Below, piece after piece: positions 12,481-26,269 of a DNA stretch of 64,000 bases. The position numbers were made by a program, and so were the translations under genes. Positions within the stretch are counted from its first letter, which is position 1. Every line of letters starts with the position of its first letter. Source of the stretch: Nymphaea colorata. Taxonomy: Eukaryota. The notes beneath the pieces are model-generated. The model was not told the DNA's origin. It saw nothing but the letters and a program-made list of their open reading frames with translations, and ran no database searches. The stretch lies in the NCBI RefSeq assembly GCF_008831285.2, contig NC_045138.2:29140001-29204000 (forward strand), in the 5' to 3' direction.

Positions 12481-15400
12481 ATGTCAAGAATGCCCCCCGT
12501 CTCAGGCCTCAGGCTCTTCTTCTCGACTTCTCCTCTGTTAATCCCCAAACCCAAAACCCCTCTCATCCCTCTCCGACCTTTCCCGCCACCTCGCTTCACC
12601 GTTCTCTGCGCATCATTCGGCAAGAAAACTCAGTTTCCGAGAAGGTTTTCAACTCTCAGAAACCCAAAGACCAGAGAGAAACCGCCACAAATGGAAGAGA
12701 AAGAGAAGGAAGGCGTCGGTTTCAACAAAAGGAGGGCAGAAGGGAAGGATAAAGGCCAACCGAAGAATCTCCAACTCAAAAGCAGAAAATTAAATCCTGT
12801 CAATACTATCTGTTACGTTCAGGTTGCTCTCTTCGTCTTTGTATTCGTTGCCATTGCTGTTTTCTTACTTCTTCTTTGAGTTATGACTAAAGAGTTGCTT
12901 TTGGGAGATGAGAGCAAAGAGGATCCCTGAATCAGACATTTTCCCCATGTGGGCATCATGAATTTGGCTTACTTGTGACAGATTTTGGGAACCGGAATGG
13001 ATACACAGGACACTTCACCATCGGTTTTGCTGTTCTTCGATAAGCAACGCTTTTTTTTTAATGCTGGAGAGGTGATGCTTCTTCAATTTATTTAGAATAC
13101 TGGCTTCTTCTTATTAAAATTGTGGGCTTCTGGTTATCATGGCAACTTGATTTTGAAAGTTTACATTGCTAAACTCGTCGCGGTGTGAACCTAGCTTGGG
13201 GTTTATAGCATGGTAGGAGTTGGTAAATGTCGATGTGTTCAAAAATCTTGCTGATTAGAAGTCGATACTCATGCTTTTGAAGCAACTGTGATTTTATTCT
13301 TTAAAATTCCGTTGTTGCTTGACTTTCTTTTTTCCCTCCGCCAGGGCTTGCAACGTTTCTGCACGGAGCACAAGATTAAGTTGTCTAAGGTAAGGTCCTT
13401 GTCTATGCGTTTGTTCAAGGAAAAGCTTGAATATGTCTTCATTGGTGATTGCAACTGTGAGTTTTAAAGCTGTTGAAATGTCATTCAGATTGATCACATA
13501 TTCCTCACTCGTGTTTGCTCTGAAACTGCTGGTGGTCTTCCAGGTTAGTGATTCTCTAACACGGTTGTACATTTGCAGCTTGTGCTTTATAATAATTCGC
13601 ACGCTCCAATTGCCATGAATGAAAAACTGAATTAGATGGCATTGAATTGAGGACGTAGTCACGTAAGCACATGATTGAGATCTGATCTCAGAAATTGTTG
13701 CGTGCTCTGCAGGACTTTTATTGACAATGGCCGGCATTGGTGATGATGGGATGAGTGTAAGTGTGCTTTATCTCAAAATTAGTTTATGTTATTTTTAATG
13801 GTCTCTTCCTAGTTCCTACAAATTTTCGAGCACTTGCAGCACAAGTTTACAATTTGTGAAGCTCTGACTATATTTTCTCGAGCTTCTCATATATGTTTCT
13901 GTAAGAACTAAGAACTTACTTGACACAAAATCTGGCTCACTTGGGTGCACTCTCTTCTTGTGGAAACCATGCCACTCACTACAGTTATGATCACGCACCA
14001 TGATGCTCCACTGGGAAATTAGGGATGTTCTTTGTTCCCCTATGTGCTCTAATATGTTTTTTTGTTTGTACTGAAGGTTAATATGTGGGGTCCATCTGAT
14101 CTCAAGTATCTGGTGGATGCAATGCGGACCTTTATTCCAAATGCTGCTACAGTGCACACTCATAGTTTTGGACCTGCACCTGGCTCAATCTCCGGCCTAC
14201 TTAAAGATCCAATAATCCTCGTGAATGATGAAGTTGTCAAGATATCGGCAATTATCTTGTGCCCAGCTTTGTCTGGAACTAACGAAAGTATAGACCAGGT
14301 TGACAATGGTTCAGATGTTACTGGTTTTGACTTTGAAAGAAATCTGGATGACTTCTCCAAGTACCCATCTTTGAGTCCACCTGGATCTCCTAAAAAAGCA
14401 AGTTTGGCTACGAAACCTGGTGATTTGGCTGTTGTTTATATGTGTGAGTTACCTGAGATCAAGGGGAAGTTCGATCCGGCAAAAGCTATGGCCCTTGGGC
14501 TGAAACCAGGGCCAAAATATCGTGAGCTGCAGCTTGGGAACACTGTTATGTCTGATCGTAAAAACATAATGGTAGGAGAAATAAAAATAATTGTATCCAT
14601 TTCTGTAGCCTATGTTGAATTACCAAAGGCACTTGACTTAAAATAAGGTACTTGTGCAGGTGCGCCCAAGTGATGTACTCGGTCCATCAATTCCAGGACC
14701 AGTTGTCATTCTAGTGGACTGCCCGACACTATCTCATGTTCATGGATTGGTTTCAGTTCCATCTCTCAAAAAGTATTACGTGGACTCAACTGACCCCGAT
14801 TGGGGTAGCTCTAAGCCCGTGAATTGTGTTATTCACTTGGGTCCTGCTTCTGTGACAAGTACAGAGTCCTACAGGAAATGGATGTCAAGATTTGGTGGGG
14901 CACAACATATCATGGCTGGACATGAAATGTAAATTTCTCATATCTTAAATTTCTTATATCTTAGTTGTTTTCTATTACCAGCATGATGTTCTGCCCGCAA
15001 GCAATTAGAAGTAGTACAACGGTTCTGGCAACAAAGTGTTGTTTATCTTTTGTATTTTTTTTTTTCATTATTTATCCTTTACAGGAAAAACGTTGAAATA
15101 CCAATCCTCAAGGCCAGTGCAAGGATAGCGTCGAGACTGAATTATGTGTGTCCACAGCTCTTCCCTACAAATGGATTCTGGACTGTAGGGAATATTGACA
15201 GCTGTCCCATGGATTCAATTTCCTCAAGCAAGGTTTGTTATTTCTAGTCTCTAACAATTAAAGATCATAATCTATGTTACAACATGCACTTGACATTCCC
15301 CATGCACGCACATATCTTTAGGTTCCTGAAATATATGTATTAGTTATGAAGGATCCAATCAATCAAGTTGATCAAATGACTTATGATGGACACAATCGTG

Positions 15401-18400
15401 ATATTTTCTTAGTGCACTTATTCTATGAATATGATACGCACAACCAGATATATGTGTGTGTGTGTGTGTATAGGCTTATATGAGCACTAATCAATGTCTT
15501 TTTTCTAACTTGAATATGATGAAAGCCAAATAATTCAGTGAAAACCTGCACACACGTATTGTTTATTATGCAAGAACATAATGAGTTGACTGCCTATTTT
15601 TTCTTCTTTAGGAGGTTCTCCAGTGCATCCCGTCAGAAAATCTTTTAAAGGTACGTAATTTGATAGGTTCCTATTTTTGTTGTAGTCTGTCATTATTTCT
15701 TCCCCCTCCCCCTCTCCTCCAAAGAAAATAAAGAGACAAAAAAGGGATCTTCATCCTGCCTTCAATACTTATATAATGAATATGCAGAAAAGAACTAACA
15801 AATGGTGCTCATCTAGTGCATTTGCATGACTGTTTATGTCTAGGGATTTTAATCCTAACTGATTTAAATTCATTCACAATCTTGCTGCCACAGTTATATC
15901 ATAACCACATTGTAACGTGTTGAAATACTCATTAGAAAGATAGGAAGAAAGATCTGTTCCCTCCTCTGAATAATTTTTATATATATTATTAATATTAGTT
16001 TTGATATCCCACGATCGGGACAATTGGCATGTCCTTGCTGAAAATTCTTGCTTTTGTGCCATTAGAATTAAGAGTATTGCACAAGCCTACTTCCACATAT
16101 ATTTCTTGCCCTTCACTATACAACTCTCGACCCAAATGCAGCATGATAGGTAAGCATGTTACTGTTTCTTGAATCGTGGGATATGCATTAAGTGGTCTGT
16201 GAAAAGCAAGAATCACCTGGCTTCACATTGATAAAATGGCATCCTAAAATTTGCTATTCAAATTGTGGTCATTCACTTCTACCAGAAACCTGTTATTTAT
16301 GGCCTTATCCATGTCGCTCCAGAGCATAATGAAATGCTACAACTAAATCATGTTTCGTCTGAGGTGTTAGAAGAAAGAAATACCTATTTATTGTTGGTGT
16401 GAAATGAACTAATGTAAGGCCATGAACTCATGGACTTTAATTAACTCACACTGATAAACAACGTCCTAGATTTTGCTAGTCAAGTTTTGGTCATTCACTC
16501 CTAAATCTACCAGGACTTGTTAAATATCTCTTCGTGTGGTGTTATTCATGTAGTCCAAGGATATATGATGAAGTCAATAACTAAATCATGTTTCCTAGAG
16601 GAGGTGTAGAAAGGAAGACCCATATATCATCATTGTGAAATGAACTGGTGGACTTCAAAGCCATGCATTTCTGGTCTTTAAATGCCCCCTCCTTTTCCTT
16701 TTTCCTGACTAATATTGCTTACAAGCTAATACATTTTATATTTATGCAGTTCCACTTGCGTCCTTATGCAAATCTTGGGTTAGATAAATCTGGGATTCCA
16801 CCGTCTCCTAAACCTTCATATTTCATAAATGAACTCCTTTCAGAAATTCCTGAAATTGAAGATGCTTCAAAAGTTGTTAGGAAGTTCTGGGAGTGCCCAA
16901 CAGAAAAGGCTGGAAACAATTCATTCCCTGTGGAAGAGCCATGGATTAGTGAGGCATCTGTTGAGGAAGTTCAGTACCAAAAAGGGAATGAGAACATGTC
17001 TTTTGAAGATGTGTCCCAGATTCCAGCTTCTCTAGAGAACATATCAAGAGAGGACATGGAAATAGTCCTCTTGGGCACTGGTTCGTCACAGCCATCCAAG
17101 TATCGGAATGTTAGTTCTATCTATATCAATCTTTTCGCCAGAGGAAGTCTGCTTCTAGATTGTGGTGAAGGAACCTTAGGGCAGTTGAAGAGAAGGTAAC
17201 TCTATTATAGCTTTTTGCTAGTTACATATGTAGCGTAGTGAATATTTCACATGGTGATGGTTTGTTTTGACTGTTCAGATTTGGTATGAAGGGTGCTGAT
17301 GATGCTATAAAAAGTTTGAAGTGCATCTGGATTTCCCACATCCATGCAGATCACCACACAGGGCTAGCAAGGGTCCTAGCACTCCGATCCCAATTGTTGA
17401 GGCATGAACCCCACGAGCCACTTCTGGTTATTGGACCAAGGCAGCTGAAGAGGTTTTTGGATGCTTACTCTATGTTGGAGGATCTTGATATGCAGTTCCT
17501 AGATTGCAGGCAGACCTTGGAAATCTCGAAGGATGTTAGTAAGAAGTCCCTTGAGACAGTAAGCACTCATGATATCTTGCAGCAAGGAAATGGTTCTCGG
17601 GAAAATGGTATTGCTGGTTCAGGAAGCTTAACTATGGCTGACGGTGGGAATCCACTTCAAACGTTGGAAGGGACCTTGTTTGTAAAGAGTAAGATGCAAA
17701 GCTACTGGAAGAAATCAGGCTTCCAGGGAGATGCAGTGGTTGACACTGCTGGCTTGGAAAAACTAAGAAGCTTATTGGAGGATTCAGGCTTAGAAGCACT
17801 GATCAGTGTTCCTGTTGTTCACTGCCCTCAAGCATTTGGACTTGTCTTGAAAGCTGCAAGTAGAATTAATTCAACCGGCAAAACTATACCTGGTTGGAAG
17901 CTTGTTTATTCTGGTGATACAAGGCCATGTCAAGCTCTTATAGATGCTTCTCGGGGGGCGACAGTGTTGATACATGAGGTAAGATACTCAATGCGTAGGC
18001 TGCCAAGTCTGGTACGCGCTGATGCAAAATATACATGAGCATCTCATTTGAATAATCCAAATTCATAAAATGTCCTCGACTTTTGTTAGTAAGCCAGATG
18101 CAAACATCCACTGAACGTGTCTTTTTTGCATTACCATAACTGCAAAAAGTTATATGGTAACTAAATCCTGACAACCACTACTGTGTCAAACAATGCTTCA
18201 TCTCTCTCTTTCATTCATTGTGAAACATTCATGAGAAAGATAAGGACAGTTTGATTTGTTTCAGACAGTAGTCAGTATCTAATCAGACTACTGTCTGAAA
18301 GAGAGAGAGATCACTCCCTCGAATTTATATAAGCCTTCTTTCTATCTTGCTTCTAAGCATTTGACGCGATAAGGTGTTGATGGTTACTATTGCAGGCAAC

Positions 18401-18704
18401 TTTTGAGGATAGTCTGCTCGAGGAAGCCATTGCCAGAAACCATAGCACAACAAAAGAAGCAGTACAAGTGGGAGAATCTGCAGGCGTGTACAGGGTAATC
18501 CTTACGCATTTTAGCCAGCGGTACCCCAAGATTCCTGTGGTTGATGAGACACACATGAACACATGTATTGGCTTTGATATGATGAGTGTGAACGTGGCAG
18601 ACCTCCCTGTTCTCCCGAAGGTCATGCCTTTCCTCAAGCTCTTGTTTAGGAATGAAATGGTAGCTGATGAAACTGATGAATCGCTGACCGCTGAATCATA
18701 TTAA
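12481..18704 (+). CDS. TRZ3: tRNase Z long form (ELAC2 / TRZ3-TRZ4 type), ~993 aa, 12 exons
   Basis: Exons 12481-12822, 12982-13071, 13345-13389, 13489-13543, 13713-13756, 14077-14571, 14660-14928, 15085-15232, 15612-15650, 16750-17195, 17279-17978, 18396-18704 (2982 nt, in frame). Motifs: [59 protein letters not shown] (HxHxDH), [23 protein letters not shown]3 versus TRZ4 cannot be resolved by eye. Confidence 0.96.
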
Positions 18705-19842
18705 GTTATAAAAACACCCATTTTTCTGTAAAAAGAATTCTTCCAGGGTTTAATTTTGCCCTATCAATTTTGTATCTTTAGCTTTTTCCTTTTTTTATAA
18801 TTGTATTTTCTCCAAGACAAACAGCTTGCTTGTATTCACGCTAATTAAATTCTCCCGACGGTGGCTTTTATTCTTTTTCTGAAGCACCATGGAGACAAGT
18901 TAGTCAATATTTTCATTTAACGCAGCTTGTATTTAGCAGCTTATTTACCATCTTGAAAGAACGAAACGAAGAGAATTAGATTATGTGACATCTGTTTGAA
19001 AATGAAATTCTTGTAAGCGTACTTGTGCAGACACGGGGTTCTGTCCTTCACAGAAGTTTCCATGTTAAAACCGTTGCTTAATGATTTACCCGCTTGGATG
19101 TGGAGACCGAAGTCGAGGCTAATTCTCAGATATGGAAAGCTGGTTGCAGAATTGTATAGGTGGACCTCATGGATTTCAGTTTTGATATTGAGGCAGTACC
19201 CATTCCCGGATGAATTTGATCTTGAGTGGTGATCATGTATCGTCTGAAGTTGTCGAACTTCTTGCTGTGGGAGCTGAGTTTGGTAGGCATTTAACGTAGG
19301 CCAGGTTTCATCGGTTTTCTGTGTTATTCTCTTTTGGTTGTGCGTGGCTAATCTTATGGATGTTCTCTTTCTATTCTTTCATTTTATTCATGTTCTTTTC
19401 AAATGAATTCCGGGGATCCTCCCCAGCAGGGATTCATCACAACCAGGGTCCTTCCAAATTAAAACAATGACCCGCCCTATGGTCGAGTTTCTCAGATATT
19501 CAATTGTATTTCTGGAATACCAAAAAGGCCATCATGCACAAATTTTAAAGCTCAATTTGGCAAGATACAAGAAAAAATCATATATCCATTTCTTTATTAA
19601 TCATGCTGTAAAGTTTGCATTTGTGAACAAAAAGCAGTGCCTACTACGTCTTGAAAAATCAACTGCTCTAAAAGCAGAGTAGTTTGCAGGTTCTTCGCTT
19701 TTTTTTTTTTGGTTAAAAATCTACTAAAACCTTGAAAAGGCCGCTGTTAAGGACCTCTTGCAAATTTAGTTACCTGAATGCATATTTTCGAAAACAATAT
19801 GCATGATTGTGGATATGTTCTTAAAATTAAATGCAAGAATGG

Positions 19843-19975
19843 TAGTCCCGTAGGACTTAGTATAGTTGGTCGGACAGTTGTGTGGTAAAGTGGGGTGTTA
19901 AGTTCCTGTTCTGAAAATGGGGAAGCAATGATGAATTAGTTGACATGCAGTGAGCTCATCCTGAACTACCAAAGC
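19843..19975 (+). mobile_element. Possible degenerate tRNA-derived SINE
   Basis: A-box-like TAGTATAGTTGG and B-box-like GTGTTAAGTTCC. The 3' part ATTAGTTGACATGCAGTGAGCTCATCCTGAACTACC resembles plant SINE 3' ends. No cloverleaf and no clear TSD. Confidence 0.35.
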
Positions 19976-21134
19976 AGCCCGAGGCCTACGGGGGATTCGC
20001 CCATCGGAATAGGCTCACTAGTGGGTTAGTTTCGCCAGTAGGCATCTCTGGTCGACGGTTCGTCGGAAAGATGGCTGGCGAATGAGAACGATAGGAGGAG
20101 AGAGAGGGGGTTTGGCGAGCCGTTCTAAAGTATTTAACCCTCACGATTCGTCTTTGACGTGATAATGAAACGTTAGAGAAAGACTAACAACAAACGCCCA
20201 GGCGAGACGTCAGAAATTTCTAAATCACGTACACCACGCAACTGTTGACGGTCAGCGAACGCATCAATAAATAGACTTTCAATGGCGCAAAACATCAACT
20301 CGTAAGGAACAATCTGCCTTTACTGATAAGCCCTCCTTCGTTAGTAAAGATTTTATGGAATAAGATTTGACTTTTACTGAAGTCTTCTAGTAGAAGCCAA
20401 GCCATTGACATTCCAAAGGGTAGCATTTCATACATGTTGCATGTGAAACATCAACAACAAACATAATTGGAAGCCAGAAGAGGCATTATCAACCTCAGAG
20501 GCGCTTGGGGAACCCGAAAGGAAGATATAAGGTAAAGAGAAGGAATTCCGACTCAATTGCAATAAAATATGAAATTCTTGTATCATCAGAATCGGGAGAA
20601 CCAAACACAAACTGGTGCGAGCATGTTCGGATCATAATTTTCTCCACTTGTATCGAGAAAGCAGAAACTTTACATTGTTCTTAAGAAATTCCCATCAACC
20701 ATAAAGAATCAAAGAAATGATCATGAATTGAGAAAGTAAACACCTTCCAAAGACGGGCAAAAACTTACAGATTTCGAAACAGTCGAAAGGAAAAGGGAAG
20801 AGCAAACTTTAAGATCTTCGAACGAGGCGATCAGCAAGGCAACGAAAAGGCTCTCACGATAACATGGAGAAAATGAAGATGGGTAGGAAAAAAATTGGTA
20901 AGATCCGCCTAAGCGGGTTGCCTTAACCATATGTGGTAACGGAAAGCTCGAAAGCTATTCCCGTCCCTGTCAGGGGAGATGCCAACCGTCTCTCCTTTCA
21001 ACGAACACGGTGAAAGTGTTACAGCTTTTCTATTAAATTACGCAAGTCTTTTCCAAAATCGGCCAATACAGGACTATTTTCCCCCTCTCACACCACCACT
21101 TCCTGGGGGTTTCGCTCCCCAGCAAAACCCAGTC

Positions 21135-22948
21135 CCGAAGAAAGTTTTCACTCTCATTAACCCAAAGACCAGGGAGAAACCACCACATATGGAAGAGAAA
21201 GAGGAGGAGGCATAGGCCATGGGTCCACCAGGATGGTGGTTCTCTGACATGTTAATACAGTTGCACCTTGTTCTTTTTTATAGTATTTGGGGCGCTCGAA
21301 ATTGCCATGTGAGAAAAACTCAATTTGATGGTGGAGGACTTGAACACATAATTAAGAATCTGAGATCTTATCTTAGAAACTGTTGTTTGTTTTGCAGGAC
21401 CTCTATTGACAATGGCCACCATTGGTGATGATGGGATGATTTTTAGCGTACTTAATCTCGAAAATTAGTTTGTGCTATTTTTATGGTCTCTTCCTAGTTC
21501 CTACCAATTTTCAAGCACATCTAGCCCCACTGAGCAATTTGCGAAATCTCTGACTATTTTCATCTAGAGCTTCTCGGATATGTTTCTTTTAGACATGACT
21601 TGATTCAAAATCTTGTTCCTTGCCGTTTCCTGCTCTTATTTTTCTGTAATGGCGTCTTCTTCGTCCTTCCCATACCCATCGACTCTCAACGTTTGGAAGT
21701 TGGTTTCGCTGAAGCTCAACTCTGATAATTATTTGCTATGAAAAATCTTGGCGTTTGGTGAGAGCCAACATCTTCAGGGTATCATCACTGGTGAAGTTAC
21801 TCTATCGGATCAGTTCATATCTGATTCCTGCTCGGTTGGTAGATCTGCCAAAACCATTTTAAATCCTGCCTTCGTTGCTTGGCGTAAGTCCGACCGCCTC
21901 CTCAAGAGATGGATTACCAGCACGCTTTCAGAAAGCGTCTTCGGCCTCGTGGTTGGCCTTGATTCTCTATTACTATTCTCCTTTGATGAAGTAGATAGCC
22001 TCACAGCATACATACTTTTTTTGCAAAGAGATTGTTGTTGCTGTCCCCTCCTATATCCCTTTTTACATGCACGCCTCTAGAAATTAGTGTGAAGTATGAT
22101 CTGGTAGACTTTTAATTGGGCTCATATGCTTAAATTTTTGCTTTTGCCACTGGCAGTTGTCCTGACTTGTGATCTTTACATTCTCTCAGCTAATTGTTTT
22201 ACACGTTCCAAGATTGCGTGGCATTCATCTCATTTCTTTCACTCATTGATTCATGTTTTATTTTAGTGAGTTGCTTTATTCCATAAATCAATATTTCAGG
22301 CTCTTTCTCAAAAACGTGAATCAGAATGTACATAGTTTAAGAACTAGGGATGCATAAATCACTTTATTTTTTAGTCAACATGGGAATTGACAAATGGCTG
22401 TGGTTTTCTCATACGTTAGAAACGAAAAAATATACTTATAACATGTTTAAAATTTGATGATCGAGTATAACTGTAATTGTTCTTCTTGACAGATGATTCC
22501 CTGAAAGGTCTGGCACTTCATATAGGACAGTTTACTAAATGAAAGTGAAAGACACATACGTATCATTTGGAGGCTGGAGAAAAGGTGTTTTACAAACCGA
22601 ACCACTTTAGCCCTTCGTTCTCTGTTTTCTTATTTTCTATACCACTCACTGCAGTTATTTTCACGCGACATTCGGGAAACTAAGGATGTACTTTGTTCCC
22701 CTATGTGCTCTATTCTTTTTATTTTTCCTTGTACAGAAGGTTAATACGTGGGGTCCTTCTCATCTGAAGTGTCTGATGGATGCAATCCGGCCCTTCATCC
22801 CAAGTGCTGCTACAGTGCACATTCATAATATCGCGAAGTGCAGCTTGAAACATTGCCATGACTTATCGTAAAAACACAATGGTTGGAGATATCAATTGTA
22901 TCCATTTCTGCAGCCTATGTCGAAGTAGGCAGTTGAGTTAAAAATAAG
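21135..22948 (+). pseudogene. Decayed partial duplicate of the tRNase Z gene
   Basis: 21135-21210 matches exon 1 ([15 protein letters not shown]). 21350-21615 matches exon 5 plus flanking intron, with the donor lost. 22640-22948 matches intron 5, the start (VNTWGPSHLKCLMDAIRPFIPSAATVH) and end of exon 6, and intron 6. Large internal deletions. Confidence 0.88.
21649..21965 (+). mobile_element. Ty1/Copia gag N-terminal fragment
   Basis: MASSSSFPYPSTLNVWKLVSLKLNSDNYLL*K...NPAFVAWRKSDRLLKRWITSTLSESVFGLVVGLD follows the Copia gag pattern (KL..NYLLW; W...D.....I..TLS), with a stop at the conserved W. No LTR or PBS seen. Confidence 0.8.
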
Positions 22949-23459
22949 CTAAAATTGAGACTGGCACATACAAAACATAAGACTAAGATTCCAAAACCGT
23001 GAGCAATAAAATCTTGGAATAAACTCCCTAATTTGCAAATAAACACTTACAACATCTAATAAATAGAAAGGATTCTTGCGCTTTTGCCTTTATTCCATAA
23101 AAATATTCCAGCATGGTGCTCTGGGCAATTCTGAATTGGCTTTTGGATTCATTAGGTACGAGTTTGATGTTTTGCCAACTCGAACATAGAATATTATGGC
23201 ATACCATGGATGAGTAGGATTTTCACATAACAAATAACCGTCCTGTAGAAATCCTTATTTACAGCAATTAGCACACATACCCATGCAAAGAAGTTCCTCT
23301 GATCAAAGCATATCTACAATATAATCTCTCATATGACCCCTTAGGTAGAACTTTGTCATAAAATAAGCACTGCATGCAAGTCCTGGTTCTGTCAAATGCA
23401 TCATGTCCTTTCTTTCATTGCATTGAGCAATTCAAGTGGCAATTAGACCTCTAAACAAG

Positions 23460-26269
23460 TCATATCCTTATCTGCCTTAATCTGCTAAACCAAACTGAGT
23501 GAAGAATCATGTGAAATATGTCATATTTAACAGGATTTGCATGCCAAAGAAAATGCTTCTGCACTCTTCTCACCCCCAACTGTAACATACGATACCTGTG
23601 GTCTGGGATAGATAGCAGTATCTCCTTTAGTCTAGGAATGTCTTTCTCACGTACAGTTACTGCAAAAGCATCCCAGTTCAGAACTTCATCAAATGGTAGC
23701 ACGTAGTCATCTGAGATTATAACAGGAACACACTCATAGTATATGGCCTCAACCACACGTGGGCTGTTCACCTCATAACCTCTGGGACAGATGCAGTACC
23801 TGCTAGATTTCATATTCTCTCTATATGACCCCTTGCTCTGGATCCTATCAGGCATTTCACCCTGTATTTTCATGTCTGTGTCTTGTTCCCAGTGCTGCAA
23901 CATGACCGGACGAACTCTACCATGCATTTGACCTGCAAAGAAGGCCAGAGTCTGTCTTTCATGTGCCGGTTTACCTCCCACATCTTTGAGAGGATCCTGT
24001 CCTGAGCGAATGTATGTAGTCGGAAGTGAAACATCTCTGCCTAACTTGAAGATGCCTTTTGAAGGATTGGCATTGCACAGTGCCTTGATTGTATTCAATT
24101 TAACCTCCTCATGAAGCCTTGTCTGTTGTGGTCCCTGTGAAAGTACAAGTAGCAATTTTACCAACCGAGGGGAGTCAATCAGGATATGATGCATTCAGGA
24201 TGACGAATTGCCTATTAGACCAAATTTAGGATTCAAAATGCTTACCCAGTCATGGCAAGCAACAAGAAAGTGATCTGCTCCATGTGTTTTATTCCAGAAA
24301 GGATATTTTGCAGCAAGCATACTGATGTAGTTTTTCAAATATAGTGCGAGAAATTTCTGCCTCGTTGCTCCAGTCGCATTTGTTGCACTTCGTAGCTTCA
24401 GTGCACTATATGGCAAGTAAAACATGTGAGCTCTGCTTGGATCGTTTGCAGAAAAGTATTTGCTTGTTTCCATCAGTTTCATAAACCATCCTTCTGAAGC
24501 ATAGATTCCCCTGAGATAAGGTTTATGAAAAATGGGCGATCCTCCATCCTTGTAGACGTAGACCTTAAATATTTTTTCCATCAACTCATAGCTCCTGCAG
24601 ATGGTTTGACCATGAGGCCGATATTTTCAGTATGAAAATGCTCTCCAACAGTAAAAAGGTTACACTTTACAAGCAAACTATAATGGAGAATAGAAAAACC
24701 TTAAGTAGCTGATTGCTTGCAGAACTGAAATTTACAGTTATTTCCTCACAAGCACCAATACAAGCAAAAGCAAAGCATCCGAAATTTTAATGTGACGAAA
24801 GAGAATATCTAGATCTATCTTATGTAAGAGATTGATGTATGCACTATTATGCCAAAGATCAAGAGGTGAAAATATGAATTAAGGCAAACAACTGAATTAC
24901 AGTAGTTTTTCGACCATGGTTCCCTTTAAATATTTCATATGTTCAATAGCGTGCTTATGGTCCAAAACTTGTGATTAGACTGCGTGTTCACCATAGTCAC
25001 ACGCACAGGGGGCAGTTACCAAGATTTGGCAGGGAACCTTCATTATTTGTTTATGCAACAAGAAGCTGCCAACAACCTACGCAGAATGCCATTTATTGTG
25101 CTTTTCTTACTAAATATAATGATCTGAAATTTCTTTGAAAAATATAGCGCTATTACACATAAGAGCTCATAATTAACTAGTAGAGAAATTTTAGTTTCAT
25201 GTATTGGGTGACTGTAAGAAGTGTCATATGTTCTCTTTATTTTGCCAACTGCAAAATGTAGAAGCTGTAAAAAATAACTTTCACTTTAGAACTATCTTAA
25301 GCCCAAGAACTCCATGACTGCACTAAGAAGTAGTTGCTATCTCTTCACCCATTATTGGTAATTGTAATCAAGACAGTGCAACTAAACGGGTCTTACAAGA
25401 TATCGAGTATATTCACCTCTTAAACATGGAAATGTTCCGAAAGAGAGGTGCGTACAATTCACGGACATTCTCCAGATGAGGAGCACGATAAATTTCTCTT
25501 TTCGCAGACAAAAGCTCCTTTTCCAAAGGTGAAATTCTTACTGGCTTCTGCATAATATGGAGCAATATCACAAAAACCTACCTAGGGGGCAATCATGTTA
25601 GTAATCAAGATAAGAGCATCCAACATCACATACCTTACTATACGAATTGCCACTACGTTTCTTCCCGGCTTGATCCTCCCCTGTAAGGAAACGGCTCATT
25701 CCTGCGGAATTACCAGTCGAACTCACTGACGTCCTCTGTGAAGGATATGAACGTTTTCTTTTAGCAGCCAAAGCAGTTGCTTCTGCTCCCAATGTAGGCA
25801 TTTTCCTTGGCACCATTAAAGGGTTCTCAGTTGGTGTTCCTACCATTTTCGCATTCACGTGGGTAGCAAGTGGTAATGCTGCCTTTTTATGTCTTCCTCT
25901 AAGCATTTCTTTTGCATTATCTGGCATCTCAAAATCTCTCTTCACACTCAGAATATTAGAGACTTCACCCTGATCACCCAAAGAAAATAATCTGCTGCTA
26001 GATTCGAAGAGACCGACGTCGCCAACGGCTTCAGCAAGTTTTGTAAAATTATCGGGTGGGGAAACTTCTAGAAAACCCATGCTGTCAAATTTTGTGCCCA
26101 TCTTTTTAGGCAGAGGATTGTTGGTATTCGACAAAGAAGATGAAAGCTCGTTCAAGTAGGGAAACGTATAGAACTGAAGCTCTAGAACAAGAAACACCAT
26201 GACACCAAACACTACACTGGTCTTTCGTCTGATCCGAACTTTCATTCTTATCCAATTTGAGGTCCCCAT
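23460..26269 (-). CDS. GT47/exostosin-family glycosyltransferase A, copy 2, intact, 596 aa
   Basis: Exons 25634-26269, 25417-25547, 24246-24594, 23460-24134 (1791 nt, in frame). N-terminal TM segment. Motifs LYAPLFRNISMFKRSYELME, GIYASEGWFM, GADHFLVACHDW, SSRYCICPRGYEVNSPRVVEAIYYECVPVII, YDIFHMILHSVW. Confidence 0.95.

Noticed and set aside
19843..19915. tRNA gene
   Set aside because: Only A/B-box-like motifs, with no cloverleaf or anticodon arm. Kept as a low-confidence SINE.
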